64,000 nucleotides of DNA. Source: an uncultured Chromatiales bacterium (GTDB lineage Bacteria; Bacteroidota; Ignavibacteria; SZUA-365). The number at the start of each line of letters is the position of its first letter. The stretch's first letter is position 1. The stretch spans positions 35,314 to 99,313 of the forward strand of contig CAYUWG010000004.1 of assembly GCA_964448285.1 (NCBI GenBank), given 5' to 3'. Below are positions 42,830 through 52,107 of this stretch, one piece after another. The notes beneath the pieces were generated by a model. The model saw nothing but the letters and a program-made list of their open reading frames with translations. It did not search any database and was not told where the DNA came from. The translations under genes and the position numbers were made by a program.

Positions 42830-45138
42830 TCAAGCCAGCAATCAATTTCATTTCCGCGCTTCGGTCACTGAATCTTGATCGAAGTATGAGAGTCAAGGTT
42901 CTGTTAGGTGTCGTGCTCGTTCTCACGATTACGATGCTTTTTCCCAAAAGCCTTACAGTGAGCTATGAATATCCTGAAGGCAGCATCTGGAATGAAGACG
43001 ATCTTATTGCACCACTCTTGTTCCTCATATACCGTGATGCCGCAATCATAGAGCATGAGCAGGATTCGGCAAGGGCGAACACACCTCTCAGTTTTACGCG
43101 TGACGACCGCATCGTCGAGGCAGTTCTCGACACGGTTCAAAGTTGGTCGCGAGTGATTATCGGGGCACTCGATTCGATCGCTCAGAAACTTCCGCGCAAT
43201 GTACCCGACGAACTGTATCGTACGCGAGCAAATGAAATCGCACGCGCGACTTCGCGAAACGGTCCAATCCTCAATATGGACGACTGGCATTACCTGCTCC
43301 GGCAGTTTAAAGCATCAGGAAAGTTTGCCGAAAACTTTTCGACCATGCTCACATCGGCGGTCAGCAAGCTCTATGCGAAAGGGCTGCTCGACCAGGAGAA
43401 AGCTTCGTTTACGTTACCACGATTAGCTCTTTCCTACGGTAACGAGGAAGTGCTTCTTCCGGTCAAGCAATTCCTCGACAGAACCGAAATCGCCTCCTTC
43501 GTACAGAACGAATTGACAGCAGACGAAGCGCTCGAGAAGATCGTGACGAAACTTGTTGAACAAGCGGCTCAACCGAATATCCTGTTCGATAACAGTCGAA
43601 CGCAAATCGCGATTCGCGCGGCGGTGGATAAAATTCCACGCACGAACGGAATCGTCAAAGAAAACGAACGCATCATCAGCCGGCACGAGCGGGTTACCGC
43701 AGAGACAAAGGCGAAGCTCGATTCCTATCAGCGAGTGCGCATGAAAAGGATCGGTGATGAAAATGCGCTTCTTCAGTTTCTCGGACGGGCAGGACACACG
43801 ATCGCGATCCTGTTCCTCCTTGGCATCTATCTTCGCACGTTCCGCAAACGCATTTTCAACTATAACAAGAAACTCTCGCTCGTCGCACTGATCATCGCCT
43901 TCCAGGCTGTGCTGGCTTATCTCTCGATGACCATTCCTATTTCGGGATCGATTCAATATCTGATTCTCGTTCCTTCCGCTTCGATGCTCCTTGTGATCAT
44001 CTTCGATTCCCGCGTCGCCTTTTATTCGACCGTCACGATTTCCTTCCTTGTCGGTGCGCTTCGTGGTAACGATTACTCGATCATTCTCGCTTCCCTTCTT
44101 GCCGGTTCGATGGCACTCTATACGGTTCGCGACATCAAGCACCGCACGCAGATCTTTCGCTCCTTGATGTACATCTTCATCGGGTATCTGTTTGCGATTT
44201 CCATGGATGGTATTCAGCGCGGGATTCGCATCGAGGAAGTGGCAGTCTCTCTTTCGTACGCCTTCATCAACTCCATCCTCTCGCCGGTCATTACGTTCGG
44301 CTTGTTGATCTTCTTTGAAAAGGTCTTCGGCATCACGACCGACCTGACACTTCTCGAACTTTCGGATTTCAACCAGCCTCTATTGCGTGAACTCAGTACA
44401 CGCGCACCGGGGACGTTTCATCACAGTATCGTGATGGGTTCGCTCGCCGAATCCGCTGCCCTGGCAATCGATGCGAATCCCACGCTCGCACGCGTCGGAG
44501 CGTATTATCATGACGTGGGAAAGATGCTTCACCCGGAATACTTCGTCGAGAACCAATTGCCCGGCCAGAACATTCACGATTCCCTACGCACGGAAGAAAG
44601 CGTCAAGCGTATCATCGCGCACGTTCCTGACGGCATCGAATTGGCTCGCATGCACAAGCTGCCTGAGAATGTGATTGAATTTATTCCCTCGCATCACGGA
44701 AAAACCGTCGTGGAATTCTTTTACCGTAAAGCCCAGAAGGAAAATGTCGGCGAGGTGCGCATCGAGGATTTTCAATACCCCGGGCCGAAACCCTACACGA
44801 AGGAGACGGGCATCGTCATGCTCGCCGATACGATCGAAGCCGCGACGCGCGCGATGGATGAACCGACGAAAGAAAAAATCGAAGCGCTCATCGAAGGCGT
44901 CGTCACGAAACGTCTTTCCGACGGTGAGTTGGAAAACTGTGCGCTCACATTTCGTGAGCTGACGACGGTGAAGAAGAGTTTTCTCAGTATTCTCACCGGC
45001 ATTCATCACAGCCGCATCAAATATCCGACCGCAGAGGAAGCGGAAGCAGCAAGAAAAATTGCCGAACGTACCGCGAAGCTTCTGAATCTTCCGAGCACGG
45101 CAGAAGCCCTTTCCAAACGCATCAAGAAAATCGTGTGA
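42826..45138 (+). CDS. 7TM-HD membrane phosphohydrolase (HDIG domain, PgpH-like)
   Basis: 770 aa with an extracellular N-terminal domain, 7 TM helices and a C-terminal HD/HDIG domain (HHSIVMGSLAE...YYHDVGK). Confidence 0.85.
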   Translation: MIKPAINFISALRSLNLDRSMRVKVLLGVVLVLTITMLFPKSLTVSYEYPEGSIWNEDDLIAPLLFLIYRDAAIIEHEQDSARANTPLSFTRDDRIVEAVLDTVQSWSRVIIGALDSIAQKLPRNVPDELYRTRANEIARATSRNGPILNMDDWHYLLRQFKASGKFAENFSTMLTSAVSKLYAKGLLDQEKASFTLPRLALSYGNEEVLLPVKQFLDRTEIASFVQNELTADEALEKIVTKLVEQAAQPNILFDNSRTQIAIRAAVDKIPRTNGIVKENERIISRHERVTAETKAKLDSYQRVRMKRIGDENALLQFLGRAGHTIAILFLLGIYLRTFRKRIFNYNKKLSLVALIIAFQAVLAYLSMTIPISGSIQYLILVPSASMLLVIIFDSRVAFYSTVTISFLVGALRGNDYSIILASLLAGSMALYTVRDIKHRTQIFRSLMYIFIGYLFAISMDGIQRGIRIEEVAVSLSYAFINSILSPVITFGLLIFFEKVFGITTDLTLLELSDFNQPLLRELSTRAPGTFHHSIVMGSLAESAALAIDANPTLARVGAYYHDVGKMLHPEYFVENQLPGQNIHDSLRTEESVKRIIAHVPDGIELARMHKLPENVIEFIPSHHGKTVVEFFYRKAQKENVGEVRIEDFQYPGPKPYTKETGIVMLADTIEAATRAMDEPTKEKIEALIEGVVTKRLSDGELENCALTFRELTTVKKSFLSILTGIHHSRIKYPTAEEAEAARKIAERTAKLLNLPSTAEALSKRIKKIV

Positions 45139-46040
45139 TGCCTCCTTCGTTCGATACGCTCCTGCGAAGCTTCTTGAATTATCTGAAATTGGAACGCGGA
45201 CTTGCCGCGAACTCCATCGCTGCATATCACACAGACCTGAAACGCTACATCAGCTATCTCGATGCGAACGATGTCAGTTCACCGGATAGTGTTTCAACTC
45301 CGCTTCTCAGCGCATATCTCAAGAATCTGCGTAACGCGTCACTCGCCCCCGGCTCTATCGCGCGCAGTATCTCGTCATTGCGACAGTTCCATCGCTATCT
45401 GATGTATGAGTCATACAGCGGAACCGACCCGACGGAAAACATAGAATCCCCAGCGCATCCACGCAGGTTGCCGAACGTCCTCACAATCGAAGAAGTGTTT
45501 CGCATTCTCGAACAACCAAAAACCGATACTCCACTCGGCCATCGCGATCGCTCGATTCTCGAAACTCTCTATGCATCAGGCTTGCGTGTCTCTGAACTGC
45601 TCGCTCTGAGGATGGATCAAGTCCTGGCAGAAGCAGGCGCCTTGCGCGTTTTCGGTAAAGGAAGCAAAGAACGTTATGTCCCATTCGGGAATGAAGCCAT
45701 TCACTGGTTTCAAAGCTACACCACTCATATTCGTCCGCAGTTGTTGCAACGAGGTCATTCCACCGATGTCGTGTATCTCAATCACCGGGGTCGCCCGATG
45801 ACGCGCATGAGCATTCTTACCATCGTGAAAAAGTACGCTGCCGCAACAGGGATCGCTCATGACGTTCATCCCCATACGTTGCGGCATTCATTCGCAACCC
45901 ATCTGCTTGAAGGCGGAGCAGACTTGCGCTCGGTGCAGGAGATGCTCGGCCATTCCGACATCAGCACGACGCAGATTTACACGTATATCGATCGGGAATA
46001 TCTCCACGAAGTTCATCGCACGTTTCACCCGAGGGCATGA
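45135..46040 (+). CDS. xerD: site-specific tyrosine recombinase XerD
   Basis: 301 aa containing GLRVSEL, HTLRHSFATHLLEGGADLRSVQEMLGHSDISTTQIYT and the catalytic Tyr. Nothing in the context suggests a mobile-element integrase. Confidence 0.88.
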   Translation: MMPPSFDTLLRSFLNYLKLERGLAANSIAAYHTDLKRYISYLDANDVSSPDSVSTPLLSAYLKNLRNASLAPGSIARSISSLRQFHRYLMYESYSGTDPTENIESPAHPRRLPNVLTIEEVFRILEQPKTDTPLGHRDRSILETLYASGLRVSELLALRMDQVLAEAGALRVFGKGSKERYVPFGNEAIHWFQSYTTHIRPQLLQRGHSTDVVYLNHRGRPMTRMSILTIVKKYAAATGIAHDVHPHTLRHSFATHLLEGGADLRSVQEMLGHSDISTTQIYTYIDREYLHEVHRTFHPRA

Positions 46041-46043
46041 ACG

Positions 46044-46685
46044 GTGTTCATCAGTTTTGAAGGCATCGATTATTCAGGAAAGAGCACGCAATGCCGCAGC
46101 GTCGAACAATGGCTCGCCGGCGAAGGATGCGAGGTTGTCGTTGTCCGCGAACCCGGCGGAACGGAAATATCCGAGCATGTTCGGACGATGCTGTTGGACT
46201 TGCGCAACCACGGGATGGACTCCGTGACGGAGATGCTGCTCTTCTCTGCTGCGCGTTCACAGCTCGTGAAGGAAAAGATCACGCCGTTGTTGCGAGCAGG
46301 AGTCATCGTGCTTGCAGATCGCTTCCACGATTCAACGACGGCCTACCAGGGTTTTGGCCGTGGATTGAATCGGGACGCCATCGAAGCCGTTCATCGTCTC
46401 GCAACACACGGCATCATTCCCGACCTGACGTTTTACTTCGATATCTCATATGAAGTCAGTCTTCAACGGCGTCAGGCCTCGGGACGAAGTCTGGACCGCA
46501 TGGAACAATCGAGCGAGCAATTTTTCAATGCCGTTCGGCAAGGATATCTCGCGCTTTCACGCGAACAATCCGCGCGCTTTCGCGTCCTCGATGGGACACT
46601 CGCTCCTGACTTGCTCACACAAAAGTTAATCACTATGATATCACACCATGATTCGTACAGTCATCGCGTTATCGAAAAGGATTAA
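46044..46685 (+). CDS. tmk: dTMP kinase
   Basis: 213 aa with the P-loop FISFEGIDYSGKSTQ and DRF.DST.AYQG. Confidence 0.92.
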   Translation: MFISFEGIDYSGKSTQCRSVEQWLAGEGCEVVVVREPGGTEISEHVRTMLLDLRNHGMDSVTEMLLFSAARSQLVKEKITPLLRAGVIVLADRFHDSTTAYQGFGRGLNRDAIEAVHRLATHGIIPDLTFYFDISYEVSLQRRQASGRSLDRMEQSSEQFFNAVRQGYLALSREQSARFRVLDGTLAPDLLTQKLITMISHHDSYSHRVIEKD

Positions 46686-46688
46686 TCC

Positions 46689-48344
46689 ATGAAACCGCTA
46701 CGTCGCATCTTCCTCCCGCTTCTCCTTCCCGGTGCACTCCTTCTCACTGCATTTTCAGCGTTGGGAGATGACCTCTATAACATCGGCAAAGGCATCGACC
46801 TGTTTGGCAGCATCTATCGTGAGTTGACCCTCAACTATGTGGAGAAAGTCAATCCGATCAATCTCATGCGCGCCGGCATAAAGGGAATGCTTTCCACGCT
46901 CGATCCATATACTGCCTTTATCGAGGATGAAGAAAAGGCGGACGTCGATATGCTCACGACCGGAAGCTATGGCGGCCTTGGGATTTCTGTCGGAAAGCGG
47001 AATGGTCTGCACCTGATCGTCGGTATTCTCGATGAATCGGTGCGCTCTGAGTCCGGGCTTCTCATCGGCGATGTTCTCCTTCAGATCGATTCCGTGGATG
47101 TCACACAGAATGACTACAACGATCTCAAGAAGCTCTTACGCGGCCGCCCCGGTACGACGGTCGAACTGGTTGTCCGCCGCCCGGGTATCGAAAAACCGAT
47201 TCACCGCAGACTCGAAAGGAAAGATATTCCGATTCGCAGTGTCTCGATCGTCGAAATTCTCGATGGCGGTGTAGGGTATATCAAACTGGACCGCTTTACC
47301 CGGACGGCAGGCGATGATTTGAATTCCGCGCTTCGTGGATTGCTCGCCGATTCATCGACGCGAGCGATCGTGCTCGATTTGCGCGACAATCCGGGCGGCC
47401 TTCTCGATGCCGCGGTCGATGTAACCGAGAAATTCGTCACTCGCGGAAGTCTTATCGTTTCAACGCGTGGACGCCAAAGCAGCTATACTCGTGAGTATTA
47501 CTCGGAAGAACATCCGATATGTCCGACGCTTCCTCTTGCTGTTCTGGTGAATGGAAACAGCGCGAGCGCAAGCGAGATCGTAGCCGGTGCGGTGCAGGAT
47601 CTCGATCGAGGCGTCGTTATCGGAGCGCGGACGTTCGGTAAGGGGCTTGTACAATCGGTCATTCCGTTGAATTACAAAGCTTCGCTCAAGCTCACCACTT
47701 CGAAGTACTACACGCCTTCCGGCCGGTGCATTCAGAAGTCACTCGAGACGGCACGGAACGGCGCCAACGCGGTCGTGGAAATCGAACCGATGGATTCTCT
47801 GCGAACCTTCCGCACGATCAATCTTCAACGCACCGTGCGTGAAGCCGGTGGCATCGAACCGGATTTGACTGTACACACCGACAGTCTCCCGCCTTTCATC
47901 ACGAGCTTTCTCCGAAGCGGTTTGATCACCGCTTTCGTTGCTGAAGCGTTGAACAAAGCGAACCGCAACATCGACGCTTTGACCGATGCGACTCTTCGAC
48001 GAATGATGCGCACGTATCTCGATACGAGCGATGTCGATGGACGAAACGCACTCCTCCAAACCTACACCTCGCTCATCGAACATGCCCGGACTCAAGGTCT
48101 CAGCAAGAAATATCTCGCAAAACTGGAAGCGGTCGAAGGCGGTATTCGAGAACATATCTCGGGTGATTTCGACCGGCACTGGCAAACGCTCGCTTCATTA
48201 CTGAGAGCAGAAGCGCTCTTCCATGTGTATGGGATCAAAGAGCGGTTTCATCATGGACGAAATGAAGACGCCCAACTCACTAAGGCGTTGGACGTCGTTC
48301 GCAATCAAAAAGAATACAGTGTCGTGCTCAACACCGAGCACTGA
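46689..48344 (+). CDS. S41 family C-terminal processing peptidase
   Basis: 551 aa with a signal peptide, a PDZ domain and the catalytic region LDLRDNPGG...VLVNGNSASASEIVAGA. Confidence 0.88.
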   Translation: MKPLRRIFLPLLLPGALLLTAFSALGDDLYNIGKGIDLFGSIYRELTLNYVEKVNPINLMRAGIKGMLSTLDPYTAFIEDEEKADVDMLTTGSYGGLGISVGKRNGLHLIVGILDESVRSESGLLIGDVLLQIDSVDVTQNDYNDLKKLLRGRPGTTVELVVRRPGIEKPIHRRLERKDIPIRSVSIVEILDGGVGYIKLDRFTRTAGDDLNSALRGLLADSSTRAIVLDLRDNPGGLLDAAVDVTEKFVTRGSLIVSTRGRQSSYTREYYSEEHPICPTLPLAVLVNGNSASASEIVAGAVQDLDRGVVIGARTFGKGLVQSVIPLNYKASLKLTTSKYYTPSGRCIQKSLETARNGANAVVEIEPMDSLRTFRTINLQRTVREAGGIEPDLTVHTDSLPPFITSFLRSGLITAFVAEALNKANRNIDALTDATLRRMMRTYLDTSDVDGRNALLQTYTSLIEHARTQGLSKKYLAKLEAVEGGIREHISGDFDRHWQTLASLLRAEALFHVYGIKERFHHGRNEDAQLTKALDVVRNQKEYSVVLNTEH

Positions 48345-48992
48345 TCACGACTTCGTTCTGGGAAGATAGCCGTCGTTTGCGACGAGCTTCTGGATGTCTT
48401 TGTACTCCCGTACGCGGGGAATGATCGCTTCCATGTGATGGATCAACTCATCGAGCCGTTTCGCTTCCGTCTTCATCTCGAGGATGCGCTGTCGTTGCTT
48501 CAACTCTAAGCCTGCTTTCTCCGCGATGTGAAATGACAGGTATTTCCTGTCGGATTCGCTGGGGAATGCCTGCGGTTCGTGCTGCCGCTCATAGAGAATT
48601 TCCATCAACGAATTGTAGAGTGCAATCGCTTTGAGAACCGCGTCCTCCGAGGTTTTTGCCGGAAGCTCTGTGTATTTGCGCACGTTGCCGAGCATGTAGC
48701 CTGTTTCTGTAGTACGGTAATCGACGAGGCTGTACCGCTCGATTCCCTGCACCGTGATATCGAATGTGCCGTCGGCATATCGTCGGGAAATTTCGAGAAC
48801 GCGAGCCGCGCAGCCGATCGGATGCAGGTAATCCTTCTCGAAGAGGTTTATTCCGAAGAGCGATTGATTCTCGATCACTTCCTCGATCATGATGCGATAG
48901 CGCTCTTCAAAGACGTGCAATTCCAAACGCGAATCGGGAAAGAGAACGACATTCAGCGGGAACAGAGGGAGTGGTGAAGGAATCAGTGACAT
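48345..48992 (-). CDS. LON substrate-binding (N-terminal) domain protein
   Basis: 215 aa. The LPLFPLNVVLFPDSRLELHVFEERYRIM segment is the LON_substr_bdg signature. Confidence 0.8.
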   Translation of the reverse strand: MSLIPSPLPLFPLNVVLFPDSRLELHVFEERYRIMIEEVIENQSLFGINLFEKDYLHPIGCAARVLEISRRYADGTFDITVQGIERYSLVDYRTTETGYMLGNVRKYTELPAKTSEDAVLKAIALYNSLMEILYERQHEPQAFPSESDRKYLSFHIAEKAGLELKQRQRILEMKTEAKRLDELIHHMEAIIPRVREYKDIQKLVANDGYLPRTKS

Positions 48993-49000
48993 AGCTTTTG

Positions 49001-49029
49001 AAGAAAAGCCCGGTGCGTTACTTCCGGGC
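49001..49029 (-). terminator. rho-independent terminator candidate after the superoxide dismutase gene
   Basis: The minus strand reads GGCCCGG-AAGTAACGCA-CCGGGC followed by TTTTCTTC. It begins 8 nt after the stop codon. Confidence 0.5.
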
Positions 49030-49037
49030 CTTCATCA

Positions 49038-49667
49038 TTACCGTGAGACATACTTGAGATAGCGTTCATTGATACGGCCCCAATGAAGCGTCGCGAGAAA
49101 GTTATCGATATAGACCGCACGCCCCGGGCCATCTTTGTGGTAGTAAGCATGTTCGAATACGTCGCATGCGATGAGCGGAATGCCGCCCCAGATGGCGCCA
49201 TAGTGATGCTCATCGACGAGGACGTTCAGCAGCCTGCCGCTGTAAAGCTGGTCGAAGACGAGAACGCCCCAACCGCTGAGCTTCGCAGCAAATGCGCAGG
49301 CTTTGAAATCGGCTTTCCATGCATCGAGCGATCCGAAGTTCACCTCGATAGCTTTGACGACATCCGGGCCTTTCGACGTCTCACCGTCGCCGCCCATGTT
49401 TGTCCAATAGATATCATGAAGCAACGCGCCGGCATGATTCCAGGTTGTGCGACGTTTCAATTCGCCGACCTCGCTGTAATTGCCATTCGCTCCGGCGCGG
49501 TCTGCCGTCGTAAGGCCCGCTTCTATTTTGTTCAAAGCATCGACGTAGCCCTTGTGATGCTTGTTGTAATGCCAGTCCGAAGTCTCCGGCGAAATGACGT
49601 TCGCAAGGAGCGTCTTCGCTTCTTCATCCGTGTAGGGACGCGGATTGAATTTCCATTCGTAGGCCAT
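49038..49667 (-). CDS. Fe/Mn superoxide dismutase
   Basis: 209 aa containing HYNKHHKGYV and DVFEHAYY. Confidence 0.93.
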   Translation of the reverse strand: MAYEWKFNPRPYTDEEAKTLLANVISPETSDWHYNKHHKGYVDALNKIEAGLTTADRAGANGNYSEVGELKRRTTWNHAGALLHDIYWTNMGGDGETSKGPDVVKAIEVNFGSLDAWKADFKACAFAAKLSGWGVLVFDQLYSGRLLNVLVDEHHYGAIWGGIPLIACDVFEHAYYHKDGPGRAVYIDNFLATLHWGRINERYLKYVSR

Positions 49668-49711
49668 AATACTTCGTGTTTCCTTTCTCGATGTATGGTT
49701 CTTGATTTGAA

Positions 49712-50065
49712 TTAAACGCCGAACGAACTCCCACAGCCGCAGGTGCGAACTGCGTTGGGGTTGTTGAAGACGAAGCCTCGACCGTTGAGGCCATCGGAAA
49801 AGTCAAGCTCCGTTCCCGTGAGATAGAACAAACTCTTCGCGTCGATGACAAGCTTGATGCCTTTGATTTCACGTTGCTCGTCATTCTCGCGAATCTCGGA
49901 GTCGAAGCCGAGACTGTACGACAATCCTGAACAACCGCCGCCCTTGACGCCGACGCGCAGCGCGTAGCCCTCGGGAATGCTATTCTCTTCCATGATGGAC
50001 TTGATTTCGGTCACAGCCTTATCCGTGATCGTTATTTCCTGTGTTTCTTCCAATACGTCTGACAT
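49712..50065 (-). CDS. iscA: iron-sulfur cluster insertion/assembly protein (HesB/IscA/ErpA family)
   Basis: 117 aa containing GGGCSG and a C-terminal CGCGSSF. Confidence 0.88.
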   Translation of the reverse strand: MSDVLEETQEITITDKAVTEIKSIMEENSIPEGYALRVGVKGGGCSGLSYSLGFDSEIRENDEQREIKGIKLVIDAKSLFYLTGTELDFSDGLNGRGFVFNNPNAVRTCGCGSSFGV

Positions 50066-50085
50066 GTGAGTCCTTTCGGATGATG

Positions 50086-50403
50086 TTATGCTTCTTCTGT
50101 TGCTGTTTCTTTGCTCGGTTGATTGAGGAACTCTTCATTGAAAAGCACCCACGTACCCGAGACTGTTTTCTTGAGTATTCCCTGTGTTTCAAGCCGGTCT
50201 ATCACAACGAGCGCGAGTTCATCCGCTACAAGGGTTCCCGAATCCTTGCCGGTAGTCGTGCGAAGATAATCGCGTACGCCATACTGAAAGTCCCGAACGA
50301 AAACCGGGGACGCGTGATAGATTCCATACCCGGACTGCTTCATGAATCGAAGCAGTTCGATTTCCTTATTCGCCAATGCTTTGTGATAATCTGCTGATTT
50401 CAT
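50086..50403 (-). CDS. hypothetical protein (Cys-free) between iscS and iscA
   Basis: 105 aa. I recognise no family and there are no cysteines. It has an acidic C-terminal tail. Confidence 0.5.
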   Translation of the reverse strand: MKSADYHKALANKEIELLRFMKQSGYGIYHASPVFVRDFQYGVRDYLRTTTGKDSGTLVADELALVVIDRLETQGILKKTVSGTWVLFNEEFLNQPSKETATEEA

Positions 50404-50412
50404 TGTGACCCT

Positions 50413-51597
50413 TCATAAAGTTGAATGAGCAACCTGCCATGCAGGTGACTGTGTGCGAAGTTTTTTCACGGCAGCGACGAGCATCTCTCCTGCGCGTTCA
50501 ACCTCCGCTTGAGTGGTAAAACGCCCGAATCCAAAGCGCGCCGATGCCTTGGCATCCTCTTTCGAAAGGCCGATTGCCTTTAACACATGTGACGGTTCAG
50601 GCTTATGAGAACTGCACGCTGAACCGGTTGAAAAGGCTATGTGACGGGCTTCGCGCATTAACATGTCGGCTTCAATATAACGAAAACAGACGTTTGCATT
50701 TCCGGGTAAGCGGTGGGTCATCGTGCCGTTCACATTGATATCTTCCAATTCAGACATGAGAGCGTTCATAAACCGATTTCGTAATTCGCCAAGCCTCTGC
50801 TGCTCGTGTTCAAGCTCTTGCTGACAGAGTGCAGCAGCAGCACCAAACCCAACAACTCCGGGGACGTTGACAGTTCCTGATCGCATTCCGGCCTCGTGCC
50901 CCCCGCCGTGGATCAGCGGGTGAATTGTATTCCTACAATGCTCCGCGATGAACAACGCACCGCATCCCTTCGGGCCATACATCTTGTGAGCGCTAATCGA
51001 CATGAAATCGACATTCATCTCCGCACAATGGAACGGAATCTTTCCGGCACTCTGGCTTGCGTCTGTATGGAATAGTGCGCCCCGTTCATGACACAGAGCA
51101 CCGATACGCGCGATGTCCTGCACGGTGCCGATTTCGTTGTTCGCATGCATGATCGACACCAGCATGGTATTCTCCCGAAAGGCTTGCTGGAGTTCATCGA
51201 GGTCGAGTGTGCCGTCTTTCCTTACTTGCAGGTAAGTAACCTCGACGCCGAAGTGTTTCATGACCTCGCGACAGGGATCGAGCACAGCGCTATGTTCCGT
51301 CACGGATGTGATTATATGCGCTCGCTTCCCTTTCGCAAACGCGAGGCCTTTGATCACAGTGTTGTTCGACTCCGTGGCACCGCTTGTGAAGAAAACTTCA
51401 CGCGAAGTCGCACCGATAAGGGAAGCGACCTGTTCACGTGCCTTCCCGATAGCATCCTCAGCGACCCAACCGAACGCATGTTGCTTACTCGCCGCATTCC
51501 CAAAGTCCCTCGTGAAAAACGGCAGCATCGCCTCAACGACACGCGGGTCCACCGGAGTCGTCGCCTGATAATCCATGTAGATCGCCTCATCGATCAT
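50413..51597 (-). CDS. iscS: cysteine desulfurase (IscS/NifS class I)
   Basis: 394 aa with the PLP-Lys motif (SISAHKMYGPKG) and the active-site loop STGSACSS. Confidence 0.92.
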   Translation of the reverse strand: MIDEAIYMDYQATTPVDPRVVEAMLPFFTRDFGNAASKQHAFGWVAEDAIGKAREQVASLIGATSREVFFTSGATESNNTVIKGLAFAKGKRAHIITSVTEHSAVLDPCREVMKHFGVEVTYLQVRKDGTLDLDELQQAFRENTMLVSIMHANNEIGTVQDIARIGALCHERGALFHTDASQSAGKIPFHCAEMNVDFMSISAHKMYGPKGCGALFIAEHCRNTIHPLIHGGGHEAGMRSGTVNVPGVVGFGAAAALCQQELEHEQQRLGELRNRFMNALMSELEDINVNGTMTHRLPGNANVCFRYIEADMLMREARHIAFSTGSACSSHKPEPSHVLKAIGLSKEDAKASARFGFGRFTTQAEVERAGEMLVAAVKKLRTQSPAWQVAHSTL

Positions 51598-51859
51598 GGA
51601 TGTAGAATACTGAATTCATGCATGGAAGGAAAGAGTCTGAACTTGGATTTACTTGATTCTTTTGATTACCAGGAATGTCTGAACTTGGATTTTCTCTCGA
51701 TTACCAGGAAATGTCTGAACTGGGATTTACTTGATTCTTTCGATTACCAGGATGAAGGAGCGAATCAATCCTGGAAATCCTTTAATCCCAGAAATCAAGG
51801 TTCAGACAATCCTAATCACAGTTCAGACAACCCTAATCACGGTTCAGACAACCTACAGC

Positions 51860-51976
51860 GTCTGAACTGGGATTTACTTGATTCTCTCGATTACCAGGAT
51901 TCGAGTTCTTTCTTCGAATTCTCGAACGAGAACAATCCAGGAAATCCTTTAATCCCAGAAATCTCAGTTCATACAA
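51860..51976. mobile_element. complete ~117-nt MITE-like unit (A - 33-nt core - B)
   Basis: It has imperfect ~40-nt terminal inverted repeats (GTCTGAACTGGGATT... / ...AATCCCAGAAATCTCAGTTCATAC). The central core is TCGAGTTCTTTCTTCGAATTCTCGAACGAGAAC with an apical TTCGA/TCGAA hairpin. There is no coding capacity. Confidence 0.55.
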
Positions 51977-51984
51977 CCAACAAT

Positions 51985-52102
51985 GTCTGAACTGGGATTC
52001 ACTTGATTTTTTCGATTACAAGAATTCGAGTTCTTTCTTCGAATTAGCGAACGAGAACAATCCTGGAAATCCTTTAATCCCAGAAATCACGGTTCAGACA
52101 AC
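51985..52102. mobile_element. second complete ~118-nt MITE-like unit (A - core - B)
   Basis: Its architecture is the same as 51860-51976, with a few substitutions by eye. Confidence 0.55.
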
Positions 52103-52107
52103 ATGGT

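Noticed and set aside
51088-51990. A 300-aa + strand ORF spanning the iscS 5' end and the repeat array (LNWDLLDSFDYQD...NPGNPLIPE).
   Set aside because: Its first half is antisense to the well-supported iscS gene. Its second half is only the open reading of tandem or inverted repeats. It is low-complexity and periodic, and has no start context.
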